DNA from: the human T2T-CHM13v2.0 reference genome, Homo sapiens
DNA length: 64,000 nt
NCBI GenBank assembly: GCA_009914755.4
Contig: CP068257.2
Coordinates: 22,016,001-22,080,000 of the forward strand
Direction of reading: 5' to 3'
The position numbers and the translations under genes are program-made. Below the pieces are notes generated by a model. That model made no database searches. It had not been told where the DNA came from and saw only the letters and a program-made list of their open reading frames with translations. Position 1 is the first letter of the stretch; every line of letters starts with the position of its first letter. Shown here piece after piece: positions 30,248 through 43,229 of this stretch.

Positions 30248-30545
30248 GGCCAAGAGCTGTATCTCATGACTGTAGTCCCAAAACTTTGGAAGGCAGAAGC
30301 GGGGAGGACTGCTTGAGCCCAAGAGTTCCAGACCAGCCTAGGCAACATGGCAAAACCCCACCTTTGCAAAAAAATTTAAAAAATTAGCTGATGTGATGGT
30401 GCACACCTGTAATTCCAGCTACTCAGGAGGCTGAGGCGGGAGGATCACTTCAGCCTGGCAGGTCGGGACTGCAAGGCGCCATGATGGTGTCACTGCACTC
30501 CAGGCTGAGTGACTGAGTGAGACCCTGTGTCAAAAAAAAAAAAAA
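30248..30545 (+). mobile_element. Alu (older, J/S-like) with TSD
   Basis: 'ggccaagagctgtatctcatgactgtagtcccaaaactttggaaggcagaagcggggaggactgcttgagcccaagagttccagaccagcctaggcaacatggcaaaaccccacctttgc...cacacctgtaattccagctactcaggaggctgaggcgggaggatcacttcagcc...gactgagtgagaccctgtgtc' with a poly-A tail. The TSD is 'atgcaactgtt' (30237-30247) / 'gtgcaactgtt' (30546-30556). Confidence 0.93.
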
Positions 30546-30898
30546 GTGCAACTGTTCTTCCAAGAAGGTGGGGACCTAGAGTACTAAAGCATCACTTTAA
30601 GGGGTTGCCATGTCAAATTTCTAAAAATTGGTAGCTCTACCAAAAAAAAAAAAATCAAAACACTTAAGAAAGATTCTGCAAAATCTCAGTCATTTGATGT
30701 AGATAACGAACCCTCAGCAGATAAGGGATCTGGTGGCGTAGAAGCTTTCTAGCCTCTTAGAGAATGCATTTAGTTTTGTTGTTGTCCAGAAGGTTCTATT
30801 ATTTAAACATTTTTATATTGTTCTACCTCATATAGTGTATAGAGGGAATAGTAGTTTTGCCTGATTTTGTAGCGTACAAAGTGTGATCGTTAATTGCA

Positions 30899-31200
30899 TG
30901 TGTTAAGTTGACTAGGTTATGGGATGCCCAGATAGATGACAAAATATTATTTCTGTGTATGTCTGTGGGTGTGTTTCCAAAAAAGATTAGCATTTAAAAT
31001 AATAGACTGAGTTAAAAAATATCCACCCTCATCAGTGTGGGCAGGCATCATCCAATCTGTTGAAGGAGAAATAGAATAAAAAGGCAAAAAAGGACAGGTT
31101 ATTTCTCACTTCTTGAGATAGAACATCTATCTTTTCCTGCCCTTAGACATCAGAGCTTCTATCTCCCACCTTTGGGTTCAAGTTCTGACATGTACAACAT
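30899..31200 (+). mobile_element. MaLR (MST/MLT1-type) LTR, 3'-truncated
   Basis: 'tgttaagttgactaggttatgggatgcccagatagatgacaaaatattatttctgtgtatgtctgtgggtgtgtttccaaaaaagattagcatttaaaataatagactgagttaaaaaatatccaccctcatcagtgtgggcaggcatcatccaatctgttgaaggagaaatagaataaaaaggcaaaaaaggacagg...ttttcctgcccttagacatcagagcttcta' matches the MST/MLT1 5' half ('...caacttgactgggctaagggatgcccagatagctggtaaaacattatttctgggtgtgtctgtgagggtgtttc...gattagcatttgaatcagtagactgagtaaagaagatc.ccctcaccaatgtgggtgggcatcatccaatccgttgagggcc.gaatagaacaaaaaggcagagg...'). Confidence 0.8.
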
Positions 31201-33020
31201 GATGACTACAGTTAATAATCCTGCATTGTTTACTTAAAATTTGCTAACAGAGTAAATCTTAAGTGCTCTTACCATCCCCCCCACACACATATATGCACCA
31301 GTGGTAATTACAGGTAGTGATGGATATGTTAATTAATTTGACAGTGGTAATCACTACACAATGTATACATATATCAAAAAATTACATTGTACACCTTGAA
31401 TGTATACATTTTTTAGCAATATATGATTTAAACTGAAATTTAAAAAATAATAGAGGAAGAAAATGGCATTGGGATGGGGTGAGGCAGAGGTGGAATAAAC
31501 AGCTTCTTTTCCCACAAAAAAATTGCATTCAAAAATCATTGTTTATAATATAATATTAAAGTTTATTTCAGTTTATACAGCTCCTCTCCTTTTAGAAATT
31601 GCATGCTCCTTTTGCTCCACTGCTACACCTCATTTTCACTAACTTTATTATGCAAAGCATATCACTTTGTACTCCCTGCTTCCTCGTGGTTTTCCTTCCT
31701 TTCTTCACTATCCAAGACTAATTAATATGTTTTGCTATGAATCATCCACTCCAGCTTCTACCCTTCAGCTGTAAACAATTAGCAGTGACTTGGGAATTTC
31801 TAATTCTTCCTTCTCACGTACACTAATGCTCTGTACTGAAAGGGAAAAGCAATATAGTATTTCTTCCCACTGAGATGAATAATGCCATTCCCTACAACCA
31901 CCCCCTCCCCAACCACCACCACCATCACATATACGGAAGGTAGAAGTAGCTACTATCAATTTAATGTCATGCAGCAGTTCCCTGTCCCTAACTTCTTCAT
32001 TAAGGTTGACATTAAAAATGAAATAAACCTAAGAAGGGCTTAAGAGATGGACCTATCCATCAGAGAGATATAAAAATAGATATATTTGTGTAAAATATAG
32101 CAACACTTTAGCAGTATGCAGTCTTTAATATCTGTATTGTTTATTTAGGAATAAAAGTATTTATGTGAAATTACATGCCTGCTATATATATATATAGATA
32201 ATCAGCTGGACAAAAACGTTTCATCTCCCCTCTTGATAAAACTCTTACTAGTTGAAGTCAAATAAGCAAACGTTCCTTCTTTTAGCTTAGTGAAGGTCAG
32301 AGAAACAAATAATAATACTAGATTATTTTCCAGCCAATAAACACTTTACTTAGTAAAGACAGTGAAAAGCAGGAACATAGAAATGTGAAGCTGCAGAGAA
32401 ACTGGTTTTAAAAGGGCTACAGTAAGTAATACGTTGTGTACGTTTTCTGGACTTCATATCACTATTTCCTTATGGCGTTGGTTTGGGTAATGTGAACTGC
32501 TAGACAAAATAGATCCAACCACCTATAATGTTCAAACACGAAAAAAATGTATTTTTCACTCACCTGTCTAAATCTTGTTTTCCTGGTTTACAGTGAATTA
32601 CCTCCACAATCCAGGTAACTAGATTTTTTTCTATCTTCTAATTTTCTATTATTAAGACTCCACTGCCTTTTTTCTTCTATTAGCGTTTTGCTAGTGGAAA
32701 TAATGAGAAAGGCTTTTCAATGGCAATTGCAAACATAACAGTGATAAAAAATTTCGCCCTACTAGGTGGAGCTCAACCACCACTGTGCCCTTGGTACTCC
32801 ACTATGGAACACATCTATTTCTTAAAAATCATCACATAATAATAACACATATGACTTCTATCCACATTCCATTGTCTAGAACTAGTCATATAGCCCAACC
32901 TAACATCAAGAGAGACTGGGGAAATAAAGGCTAGATATATGCCCAACAAGAGAAAATTGATGTTTACTCAATATCCTTTGTAAACATGTATTTGCAATTT
33001 TTGTTTTTCAGATTGAAGTT

Positions 33021-33463
<443 letters not shown>

Positions 33464-34059
33464 TCAAGTAACTTGTCTTAAGTTTGTAAATACGGACAAT
33501 CTCACAGGGACAAAACTTTTTTCCTTGTTTTATTTTCAGACATAATCATCTATTTTGTGTAATACTGTTGAGCTGTAATTACAAAAATGAGTAAGATAAC
33601 ATCTACCTCTTAGGATTCCTTGTTATTGTTATTATTCATAAACTGCTTCTAAGAGCTTCATTTTAACAGTAATGGCTTCTTTGAAAGCCATTTAAAGCAA
33701 ATACACAATCGATTTAAGTTCTGTTTGTTTTAATACTTATGCAACTTTTTTTTCTGGTTAAATATTTGCTAGATTGATAAATTTTATTAGGAAAATTAGA
33801 AATTCCAGTTTATGTAAAGTTTTTCAGATGATGTAATAATGTAGTTTTTAGTTGTACTGGCTCTTGGAAGAAACTGCTGGCTTATTAACTTACCATGTGC
33901 ATTTGTTAATTTTTAATTTTTTTACAAATACAAATTACAAATATTAATGATGTACAATAGGATGTTTTTATATGATGTTGAACATTGCAGAATGACTAAA
34001 TCAGCCTAAATAATATATCTATTATCTCACATACTTATCATATTTTTGTGATGACAATG

Positions 34060-34750
34060 TATATAATTTACTCTTTTAGCAGTGTTTAAGTGTGAAGTTA
34101 AATGCATTGTTATGAACAATAATCACCATGTTGTACAGTAGATATCGAACTTATTCCTTCCGTCTAACTGAAATTTTGTATCCTTTGATCAAGATTTTCT
34201 TAATTCCTTCAACTCCATCCCTGGCCCCATTCTACTGTCTCCTTTAAGTTCTACTTTTTCAGACATCACATGTGAGATCATACGGTATTTGTCTTTCTGT
34301 GCCTAGCTTAATTTACTTAGCATACTGTCCTCCAGGTTCATCTCTGTCGTCCCAAAGGACAGGATGTCCTCCTTTTTAAAGGTTGAATAGTATTCTGTTG
34401 TCTATATACTCTATATTTTCTTTAACTATTCATCTGATGATGGACACTTAGGTTGAATCCATAGTTTTGCTATTGTGAATAGTGTTACAATGAACACGAC
34501 AGTGCACATATATTTTTGACATACAGATTTCATTCCCTTATACTTTATACCCAGAAGTGGAATGGCTGGATCATGTGGTGGTTCTACTTTTAATTTTTTT
34601 CCAAAACTCCATACTGTTTTCCGTAATGGCTGTACTAATTTACCTTCCCACCAACAGTATACAAGGATTCCTTTTATTTCCACACCCTCTTCAACACTTG
34701 TTCTCTCTTGTCTTTTTGATAGTAGCCATCATAACAACTCCTTAAGTGCA
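34060..34750 (+). mobile_element. L1 LINE fragment (3' part of ORF2, L1M/L1PB-like), degenerate
   Basis: 'aatcaccatgttgtacagtagatatcgaacttattccttccgtctaactgaaattttgtatcctttgatcaa...catcacatgtgagatcatacggtatttgtctttctgtgcctagcttaatttacttagcatactgtcctccaggttcatc...ggttgaatagtattctgttgtctatatactctatattttctttaactattcatctgatgatggacacttaggttgaatccatagttttgctattgtgaatagtgttacaatgaacac...tttataccc agaagtggaatggctggatcatgtggtggttctacttttaatttttttccaaaactccatactgttttccgtaatggctgtactaatttaccttcccaccaacagtatacaaggattccttttatttccacaccctcttcaacacttgtt' is colinear with L1M ORF2 ('...aaccaccatgctgtacattagatctccagaacttattcatcttataactgaaagtttgtacc...agtgagatcatacagtatttgtctttctctgtctgacttatttcacttagcataatgccctcaaggttcatccatgttg...ggctgaataatattccattgtatgtatataccacattttctttatccattcatccgttgatggacacttaggttgtttcc...gatatatacccagaagtgggattgctggatcatatggtagttctatttttaattttttgaggaacctccatactgttttccatagtggctgcaccaatttacattcccaccaacagtgtacaagggttcccttttctccacatcctcgccaacacttgtt'). 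Confidence 0.85.
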
Positions 34751-37700
34751 GTTTCCATATGTCTACCGAATGTCAAACATTGTGCTAAATGTTGATAATA
34801 TTGTGATAAAACACAAAAATTTGTCTTTGCCCCACACAAAGTTTATATTATAGTATGGTAAAACAATAGCTATCAGTTGAACTCTTATTATGTTTTTACT
34901 TAATCAGAAAAGAAAATAAGTATTTATTACCTCCATTTTGATTCCAAGAAAAATAACTTGTCTAAGGTCTCATTAATCATAAAAGCAAAGATGGGACACA
35001 AACTCCAAAGAGAGATTGCTGGCACCACGCCAGTCTCTTTATATCACCTATGACGGTGATTTTTTTCTTTTTTTCTTTTTTTTATGAATAAATGTAATAA
35101 TATATTTTAATACACAAAAAGTGGCAAAAGTAAAGGGAGAAAGAGACAAAACAGTCATAGAGATTTTAATCTTAGTGAATAAGAGAACAAGTAGGTAAAA
35201 ATCAGTAAAAATAAAAAAGATTTGATCAAACAATTTTACCTAATTGACATTAAACAATTTATACCACACTGCAAAATACAAATTCTTATCAAGTATTCAT
35301 TACATTCATCAATATAAACAATATGCTGAACCATAAAACAAGTCTCAATAAATTAAAAGTATTTGAAATTTTGTTCTATATTTTCTGAAAAAAATAGACT
35401 TAAATTAGAAATAAAGTGTGCAAAATCTCCCAAAATGTGAAATCAAGCAGCACATATCTAAATGGTCCATAAGTTAAAGAAGAAATAATAATAGAGATTA
35501 CTATAATTTACATTTGAATGTTAATGGAAACACAGCATATCAAAATTTGTGGGATATAGCAAAAGAAGTGTTTCTTATATAACAAATATTGCATTATTTT
35601 TCTATAATTTCATTGGAAAGTAAGTATATTATTACTGTTTAGTTTTCCATGCTTAATTTTAAATTACTTTCTATCCCAGTATTCAAGTAAATTATGCCTT
35701 ATGCCATGTAGTCTTACCTCCATTTTCTAATAAACCTGTGTGTTTCCCTTGCAGGTAGCTTTTAAAATTTTATTTTTCACTTAAAGTGGAGAAATTACTT
35801 GCTGATATGTACTTTTTTAAACAATGAAGAAATAGTGCCATCTTCTGTCTATGTTTTATTCAACAACTGGGAATAAAGAAACATTGGGTTATTATACATA
35901 AGCAAAAAGAAGCAAAGAATTTGGAGACATTATGATTTTAGTATAATATGCTACATCTTTGAACACTTGCAAAGGGGCTAATTATTTGAAAGGCCTCTCA
36001 GGACAAAGGCATGTTTAAAACAGTTCTGTGTGATTAATTATTCAAAACCTTTGAATATGCATTCAAACATTGGAGAAAAAAGGAAGGAGGCAGGGGAGAC
36101 AGCTGAGAGTAACAGAAACAGGTGGCAAGTGTTTTTAACTATTTGGTGTTTACAGTGTTGAAGGATTAAAAAGCATTTTTTCTGTTTTTATAACATCTAT
36201 GAATTCCCCATTCATTGATATCTTCACAAAACTATGCTTGATACTGAAAAATTCTCCAATCACTTATTTGACAAGTGAAAAGTCGGAAAAATAGGAATAC
36301 ATTTTTAAATGAGCTTTTTAATTTCTACATTAATAAATATACTTTTATCTGCATGTGGTTCATAGATTTCAAACTAAAGTCAGAATAAGTAGCTAACATA
36401 AATGAAAATATTTTTAGATTTATGAAGTAGCTCAGAAAACCAATTTCTTAAAAATCATATTTGGAAAAATACATTATTAGGCCGAACTTACTTTCATCCA
36501 TTGCTGCCCTCTCTAAGGTAAAACACAAAAACAAATAAAATCTATCAAAGAATTGTATAACTTTTACTAGTATTGAAAAAGGGTATTTGAGTTGCTTTAA
36601 ATTTTATTTTTATAATGTATCTTGAGAAGATTGCAGTTTTACCACTAGTCAAACTTTTATAAACACATCAGAAATTACATTTAAAAACCAGATCAGGAAT
36701 TATTTTTCTAAGAAACTAGAAGAAATCAAAGACAAATTAATAATAACTAATAGTTTGAAGCCCGCTTATCTACAAGACTCTAAAGATATAAAAACAAGAA
36801 CATAAGTTAAAGGCAGCTTCATTTCACGCTTCAGAAAGCTGGTCTTTGGCACACAAGTTTGCTTGCCTTGTATGATCATTTTGCATATTCAGAGGTGAAT
36901 CCCTGGCGGGGACAGGAAAACATGTGTGGGTGAAGCTCAGAGTAGCAGCACGTCATCAGCAGCTTGACATTCTTCAAAGAAAAAAAAGGTCCTTGCATTT
37001 TGGCTATATCACTTACAGTTCACTTTTTTGTGTAATTCTCTATCGGTAAGATTTATTCTAATGGTTTAAAGTGGATTTGTTACCCATTCTTTCCCATTCT
37101 GGTGTGGAATCTCCCCGATGAATCTCCAAATAGCTAAACATATTTAAATTCACGTAAATTGATGATTTTTGTCTGATATCAAAGAAGTCAATGCTAGACA
37201 GAGTTTACAGCCACATGAAATTAATGGGGCAACTGAGTATCATAACTTCAAGAATGCTGGTTATCTGAGATCTGAAAGGTCACTGGATTTGAGGGAAAAA
37301 ATCTCTCATCCATTTCTAAATGCTCAATGTGAGGGGCTGCTGCCTGCTTCTAATGTGTGCTAATATCTATGTCCTATTTACATTATATTGGGGTATTACA
37401 TGTTGATTACAAATATGAAACACACTATAGAAAACTATGCACTGCATATTTATTTAGTCTATCCAGCTCGAAAACCTTTTGTGTGAATTAATTTCAGATT
37501 TTCTGGATTCACATTACTCTCCAAATGCATTAATGTCAGCATTTCTTTATTTTGTTCTCCACATTTTCATTATATAGCATTATATGAATGGTGGGCTAGT
37601 AAGTGGACCACTTACACTGATCTGAAAGGGTATGTGTGTATATATATACTCCTTTGAACATATATAAATATAGCTTACATTTCCATTTTATGTGACTAAA

Positions 37701-39186
37701 ATTTGCATAATTACCTTTTAACTGAAGACATTTTCCAAGAATATGTCAATGTAGATATAAATCATTGTGAATAGTTTAACTTTTTTGATTTCTCATGAAA
37801 CCCATCACTACCATTATTTCTTAAGGGATAGACACAGATGTCAAGCTACTTTCTCAATGTCACAAAATCATAACCAGACATAAGCGTTGAGTCCAGTTTT
37901 TTTAGACTGTAACCATTAAGCTATTTTATCTCCATATGATCAATAAGATATTAGTTTGCCTGCCTCATGTCTTTATTCTATGACCTACGTTTCTTTGAAG
38001 TACATTTCTCTGAATCAGAATATTTCATCTATGGACATTTACCAACCTTCTACAGAAATCAGTAGTTTGTCCTTGCCATTATTTCCAATATACTAAACAG
38101 CCCATGAACTCTATGCTCAGTGGGGTAAATATCTCATTATTTTACACTCTTTTAATTGATCTTTTCATAATTCATTTATACCATTCATAGAATTCTGATA
38201 TTTGATTTAGTGGAAAGAGTTCATTGGTTCATATATCTCAGTAATGTCCAGATTCGACCTCTTCCCTGTTTTATTTCTACCTTTTCCCTATATTTTAATC
38301 TAGTCAGTTGACTGTATGTAATTTTAATTATGTTTTATGTGTTCATGATATATATTAGCAAATACATTTGTCCTATGTACGAGGATGTAATTACAGCACT
38401 GTACTATTTCTATTGGTATAAAATGGAGAAGATACCATGTAAATCTCAGTAAATGTAAACCTTAGAAAACAGAAATAAAACATAATTTCCACTTTCAAAG
38501 GTTTTTATGACTTGAGTAGACAAAGAGAGGTTGACTTGTGATTTTCTCACGTTGGTGATGAGTTTTTGAGTACATAGGTAATATAAGTGAAACTTTGGTT
38601 TTACAATAGTGTACAAAAAGGGTGTGAAAACTAAGAAATTGGGGAGATTGGCAAATAGGCATCTGCAATTGTAGGTGCATGAAGTTATTAAACTTAATGG
38701 TATATTCAACTCCATAAAATAGAAAACTTTATCAATCAAAAATATTTAAATATTGGCAATTGCAAATGATTTAAGTAAATTAATGGAAGGAGAAATGACT
38801 CTTCTTTTTACCTGAAACAGTTCAATGTATTATAGGTATATTTGTGAAATACAGCCTAAATTAATAAAATAAAACATGATAATTTATAGGAGCCAAGAGT
38901 AATCATTTAAAAAGAAAACATTGAACTGAATTAAGATATTTGTTGAGGTCAGTGTTGGGGGATACTTCTAGAGCACTAAAAGGACATTATAATCATCTTC
39001 TGCAGGTTGTTCATGTATTTCATTTCCAGTAAAGTGTGGTCAAGACTTTTTTAGTCCTATGATGGTTTTATTGGATCTATACTGGTGAAAAAAAAATCCT
39101 TGTCTACAGAAAAAATTCGTAAGCTTAGAATGATTAATATACTGTCTCATTAACATAGATTATGGAGGTTGAAATTTAACTAGTGT

Positions 39187-39444
39187 TTTCTTTTTTTTTT
39201 TTTTGAGGTGGAATCTTGCTCTGTTGCCCAGGCTGGAGTGCAGTGGAGAGACCTCAGCTCACTGCCAGCTCTGCCTCCTGGGTGCACACCATTATCCTGC
39301 TCAGCCTCCCAAGTAGCTGGGACTACAGGCGCCCACCACCACGCCTGGCTAAGTTTTTGTGTTTTTAGTACAGACGGGGTTTCACCGTGGTAGCCAGGAT
39401 GGTCTCAATCTCCTGACTTCATGATCCACCTGCCTCGGCCTCCC
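39187..39444 (-). mobile_element. Alu, antisense, truncated (lacks the first ~45 bp of the Alu consensus)
   Basis: poly-T, then 'gaggtggaatcttgctctgttgcccaggctggagtgcagtggagagacctcagctcactgccagctctgcctcctgggtgcacaccattatcctgctcagcctcccaagtagctgggactacaggcgcccaccaccacgcctggctaagtttttgtgtttttagtacagacggggtttcaccgtggtagccaggatggtctcaatctcctgacttcatgatccacctgcctcggcctccc'. Confidence 0.93.
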
Positions 39445-40471
39445 TAATAATATTTTTAAACACAGTTAACCAGTTTCACAGTGATATTTGACTAGAAGCA
39501 TTTGGTGTCATGTTACTGACTAACAGTATGCAGATAATTTTTCTATTTGGGGAAAAGAATCAGTAAGGAAAGGCTGTAGATTTAGTGAGGCTAATGTTTA
39601 GGAGTTATTCTTTGAATTTTAAGAAACACATGAATAAAACATAGAAATTTTTTTTCTACACTGGGTATGAAATGATAGTCATCTTAACTAGGATGAAAAA
39701 AATGGGAAATAAAAATTATATATATAAAAAAACAGAATGGTGAAAAACATTCAGATTACTTGATAAGTAAAGAGAAACACTCCATTTCAAGTTGCAAAAA
39801 TAAGATTTACAGGAATGAGCATTTAGGTATCCAAAAGGTTCTCAGAGATTTGAACAATTTTTAGGCAGTATAAGAAATTTTATTATACTTATGGTAAACA
39901 AATTTATTTAAAAGCTATATTTGTTGTTAGTTTGTGACCCAGGGACATGCTCTGATCACATTTTAAAACTTTAGAAAATAGCATTGACATTAGCTTGACA
40001 GATGGAGTGAGCTATGATCCCAGAAATGACTGCAACAGCCCAGTCAAGGAATGATAAATGATTACACTAATAATGTTGTAGTTAATGGAGTGCAAGTAAT
40101 GGATACAAGTGATAGGAAAGAATATCCTTTGGATTTGTCCATATGTTATACAAGGTATGTGGGAAAGAAAAGACTTGGAGATGATGCTGAGGTTTGTAAC
40201 TGGCATGGATAAACAGGTGGTGATACTGTTAACGTAGAAGAAGACAAATAAATAAAAAGCTGTGTGTTTTCTGTTACCGTGAAATTACCACATAATAAGT
40301 GTCCTAAAAACAACATGACTTATTATTTTATAGTTGTGGAAGTAAGATGTCCAAAATGAGTCTCACTGGTCTAAAATCAAGGTGTTAGCAGGATTACATT
40401 CCTTCTGGACATTCTAAAAATTCTGTTTCCTTGCATTTTCCAAATTCTAGACTCTGTTCATATTCCTTAGC

Positions 40472-40855
40472 TGAAGTGGCCTAGCTCTGTGTCCCCACCC
40501 AAATCGCATCTCGAATTTTAATCCAAATTGTAATTCCCACATTTTGGGGGAGGGAACCTCATGAAAGGAGATTAGATCATTGGGGCTGTCTTCCCATGCT
40601 GTTCTCATGACAGTGAGTGCATTCTCAGGAGATCTGACGGTTTTATAAGGGGCCTTTTCCCCACTGCACTTCACTCTCCTGCGGCTGTGTGAAGAAGAAC
40701 GTATTTGCTTCCCTTTCTGCCATGACTGTAAGTCTCCTGAGGCCTCACCATACATGCATAACTGTGAGTCAATTAAACCTCTTTCCTTTATAAATTACCC
40801 AGTCTTGGGCATTTCTTCATTGCAACATGACAATGAACTAATATAGTAAATTGGT
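40472..40855 (+). repeat. 5' LTR of the THE1/MST-like element
   Basis: Begins 'tgaagtggcctagctctgtgtccccacccaaatcgcatctcgaatt' and ends '...gacaatgaactaatata'. The following 'gtaaattggtaccag' is the start of the internal region. Confidence 0.85.
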
Positions 40856-42382
40856 ACCAGGAGTGGGATGCTGCTATAAAGAGATCCAAAAATGTGGAAG
40901 CAACTGTGGAACTGAGTAATAGGCAGAGATTAGAGCAGTTTGGAAGGCTCAGAAGGAGACAGGAAAATGTGGGAAAGTTTGGAACTTCCTAGAGACTTTG
41001 TTGAATGTCTTTGACCAAAATGCTGATAGTGATATGGGCAATAAAGTCCAGACTGAACTGGTCTCAGATGGAGATGAAGAACTTGTTGGAAGCTGGAATA
41101 AATGTGCCTCTTGTTTTGCTTTAGCAAAGAGACTGGAGGCATTTTGCTCCTGCCCTAGAGATCCACGGAAATTTGAACTTGAGAGATATGATTTAGGGTA
41201 TTTGGCAGAAGAAATTTCTAAGCAGTAAAGCATTCAAAGGGTGACAGGGCTTAAAAGTTTGGAAAATTTGCAGCCTGATAATGCAGTAGAAAAGAAAAAA
41301 TATATTCCTTGGGAGAAATTCAAGCTGGCTACAGAAATTTGCATAAGCAACTAGGAGCCAAATGCTAATCACCATGACAATGGGAAAATGTCTCCAGGCA
41401 TGTCAGATATCTTCAGGGCAGCCCCTCCCATCACAGGCCAGGGGTCTAAGAGGGAAAAATGGTTTTCTGGGCTTGGTGCAGGGCCCCTCTGCTGTGTGCA
41501 GCCTCAGGACTTAGTGCCCTGCATCCCAGCCACTCCATCCATGGCTAAAAATGGCCAAGGTACAGCTAAGGCCATTGCTTCAGGGGGTGAAAGCCCCAAG
41601 CCTTGGTAGCTTCCACATAGTGTTGGGCCTGCAGTTGCAAAGAAGACAAGAATTGAGATCTGTTACCTCCATCTAGATTTCAGAAGATGTATAGGAATGC
41701 TGGATGTCCAGACAGAATTTTGCTACAGAGGCAGAGCCCTCAGGGAGAACCTCTGCTAGGGAAGTGTGAAAGGGAAATGTGGAGTTGGAGCCCCTACACA
41801 GAGTTCCCACCAGGGCACTGCCTAATGGGACTGTGAGAAGAAGGCTACCATCCTCCAGACCACAGAATGATAGATCCACTGACAGCTTGCATTGTGTGCC
41901 TAAAAATGCCCCAGGCACTCAACACCAGCCTATGAAAGCAGCCAGAACAGGGGCTGTACCCTGCAAAGTAACATCGGCAGAGCTATCCATGGCTGTGGGA
42001 GCCCACTTCTTGCATCAGCATGACTTTTATGTGAGGCATGAAGTCAAAGGAGATCATTTTGGAATTTTAAAGTTAATGAATTCCCTATTGGATGTTAGAC
42101 TTGCATGGGGCCTCTAGCCCCTTTGTTTTGGCCAATTTCTCCCATTTGGAATGGGCATATTTACCCAATGCCTGTACCTCCATTGTATCTAGGAAGTAAC
42201 TTACTTGCTTTCAATTTTACAGGCTCATAGTTAGAAGGGACTTGCCTTGTCTCAGATAAGACTATGGACTTAGACTTTGAGTTAATGCTGAAATGAGTTA
42301 AGACTTTGGGGATCTGTTAGGAAGGCATAAGTGTGTTTTGAAATGTGAGGAAGATGAGATTTGGGAGGGGCAAGGGACAGAA

Positions 42383-42707
42383 TGATATGGTCTGGCTCTG
42401 AGTCTCCACCCAAATCTCATCTTGAATTTTAATCCTAATTGTAATTCCCATGTGTCGGGGGAGAGACCGAGTGGGAGGTGATTACATAATGGGGACAGTT
42501 CCCCCATGCTGTTCTCATGATAGTGAGTGAGTTCTCACAAGATCTAATGGTTCTATAAGGGACTTTTTCCCCTTCGATCTGCACTTCTCTCTCTCCTGCC
42601 TAAGACCTCCGCAGCCATGCAAAACTATGAGTCAATGAAACTCTTTCCTTTATAAATTACCCAATCTTGGATATTTCTTCAAAGCAGCATGAAAACAAAC
42701 TAATGCA
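42383..42707 (+). repeat. 3' LTR of the THE1/MST-like element
   Basis: Begins 'tgatatggtctggctctgagtctccacccaaatctcatcttgaatt' and ends '...gaaaacaaactaatgca'. It is roughly 80-85% identical to the 5' LTR by eye and is ~60 bp shorter, with a deletion in the '...catgactgtaagtctcctgaggcctcaccatacatgcataactgtg...' region. Confidence 0.85.
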
Positions 42708-43229
42708 TTGGCCCATAACACCCTTCCATCTTCAAAGTCAGAAATGGCAGGTGGCATCTTTCTCACAATGCCATCTCTCTGGTTGGACTCTTATGTGCCC
42801 CTCTTCCTCTTTTACAAGTATCACTGGAGTAACACTGCAATGGCATTTCCCTTTAAGATAAATGGGTTAGTAATCTTAATCCCTTTGCAATATTAATTCC
42901 CCTTTGCCATAGAACATGACACATCCAGGGGTTCCAGGGCTAAGGATATGAATATCTTTGGGGTCTGTTTTTCTGCCAAAGAGGCACATTATAGTGTAGC
43001 CAATAAGGGACAGCAAAAGAATGAAAGTAGCTTTCAAACACACTGATTTTAAGATTCTGGCTCTATAGCCACATAAAAATTTCTAGGAAGGACTTAAAGA
43101 GTTAGATACACTCCATAATAGAATTTGCTTTCAACTTTTTAAATCGTGCCATCCTACCTTTGCACAGACACTGCTGCAACTACATAAAAGCCTACTTTTG
43201 AGAGTTGGCCATTTTCACTCTCTGGTTTA

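Larger units (their letters stand above)
40472..42707 (+). mobile_element. complete THE1/MST-class MaLR retrotransposon (5' LTR, internal region, 3' LTR), non-autonomous
   Basis: Two diverged direct repeats have the THE1/MST LTR signature at both ends: 'tga(a/t)(g/a)tgg..ct(a/g)gctctg(t/a)gtc(c/t)ccacccaaatc.catct.gaatttt aatcc.aattgtaattccca...ctcatga.agtgagtg..ttctca..agatct.a.ggtt.tataagggg/ac.ttttcccc...gtcaattaaacctctttcctttataaattacccaatcttgg.(c/a)tatttcttca..gcaacatga.aa..aactaat'. The internal region carries the PBS-like 'gtaaattggtaccag', THE1-int-like sequence ('...gaaaatgtgggaaagtttggaacttcctagagactttgttgaatg.ctttgaccaaaatgctgatagtgatatgg.caataaagtccag...gcattttgctcctgccctagagat...ggaaaatttgcagcctgataatgc.gtagaaaagaaaaa...') and a purine-rich tract 'gggaggggcaagggacagaatga' directly before the 3' LTR. 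Putative 5-bp TSD 'ttagc' (40467-40471) / 'ttggc' (42708-42712). Confidence 0.88.

Noticed and set aside
41779-42117. 112-aa plus-strand ORF, and neighbouring ORFs at 40447-40755, 40949-41233 and 41388-41609
   Set aside because: They are inside the THE1/MST internal region, which is a non-autonomous, non-coding MaLR interior. They have no gag/pro/pol similarity.
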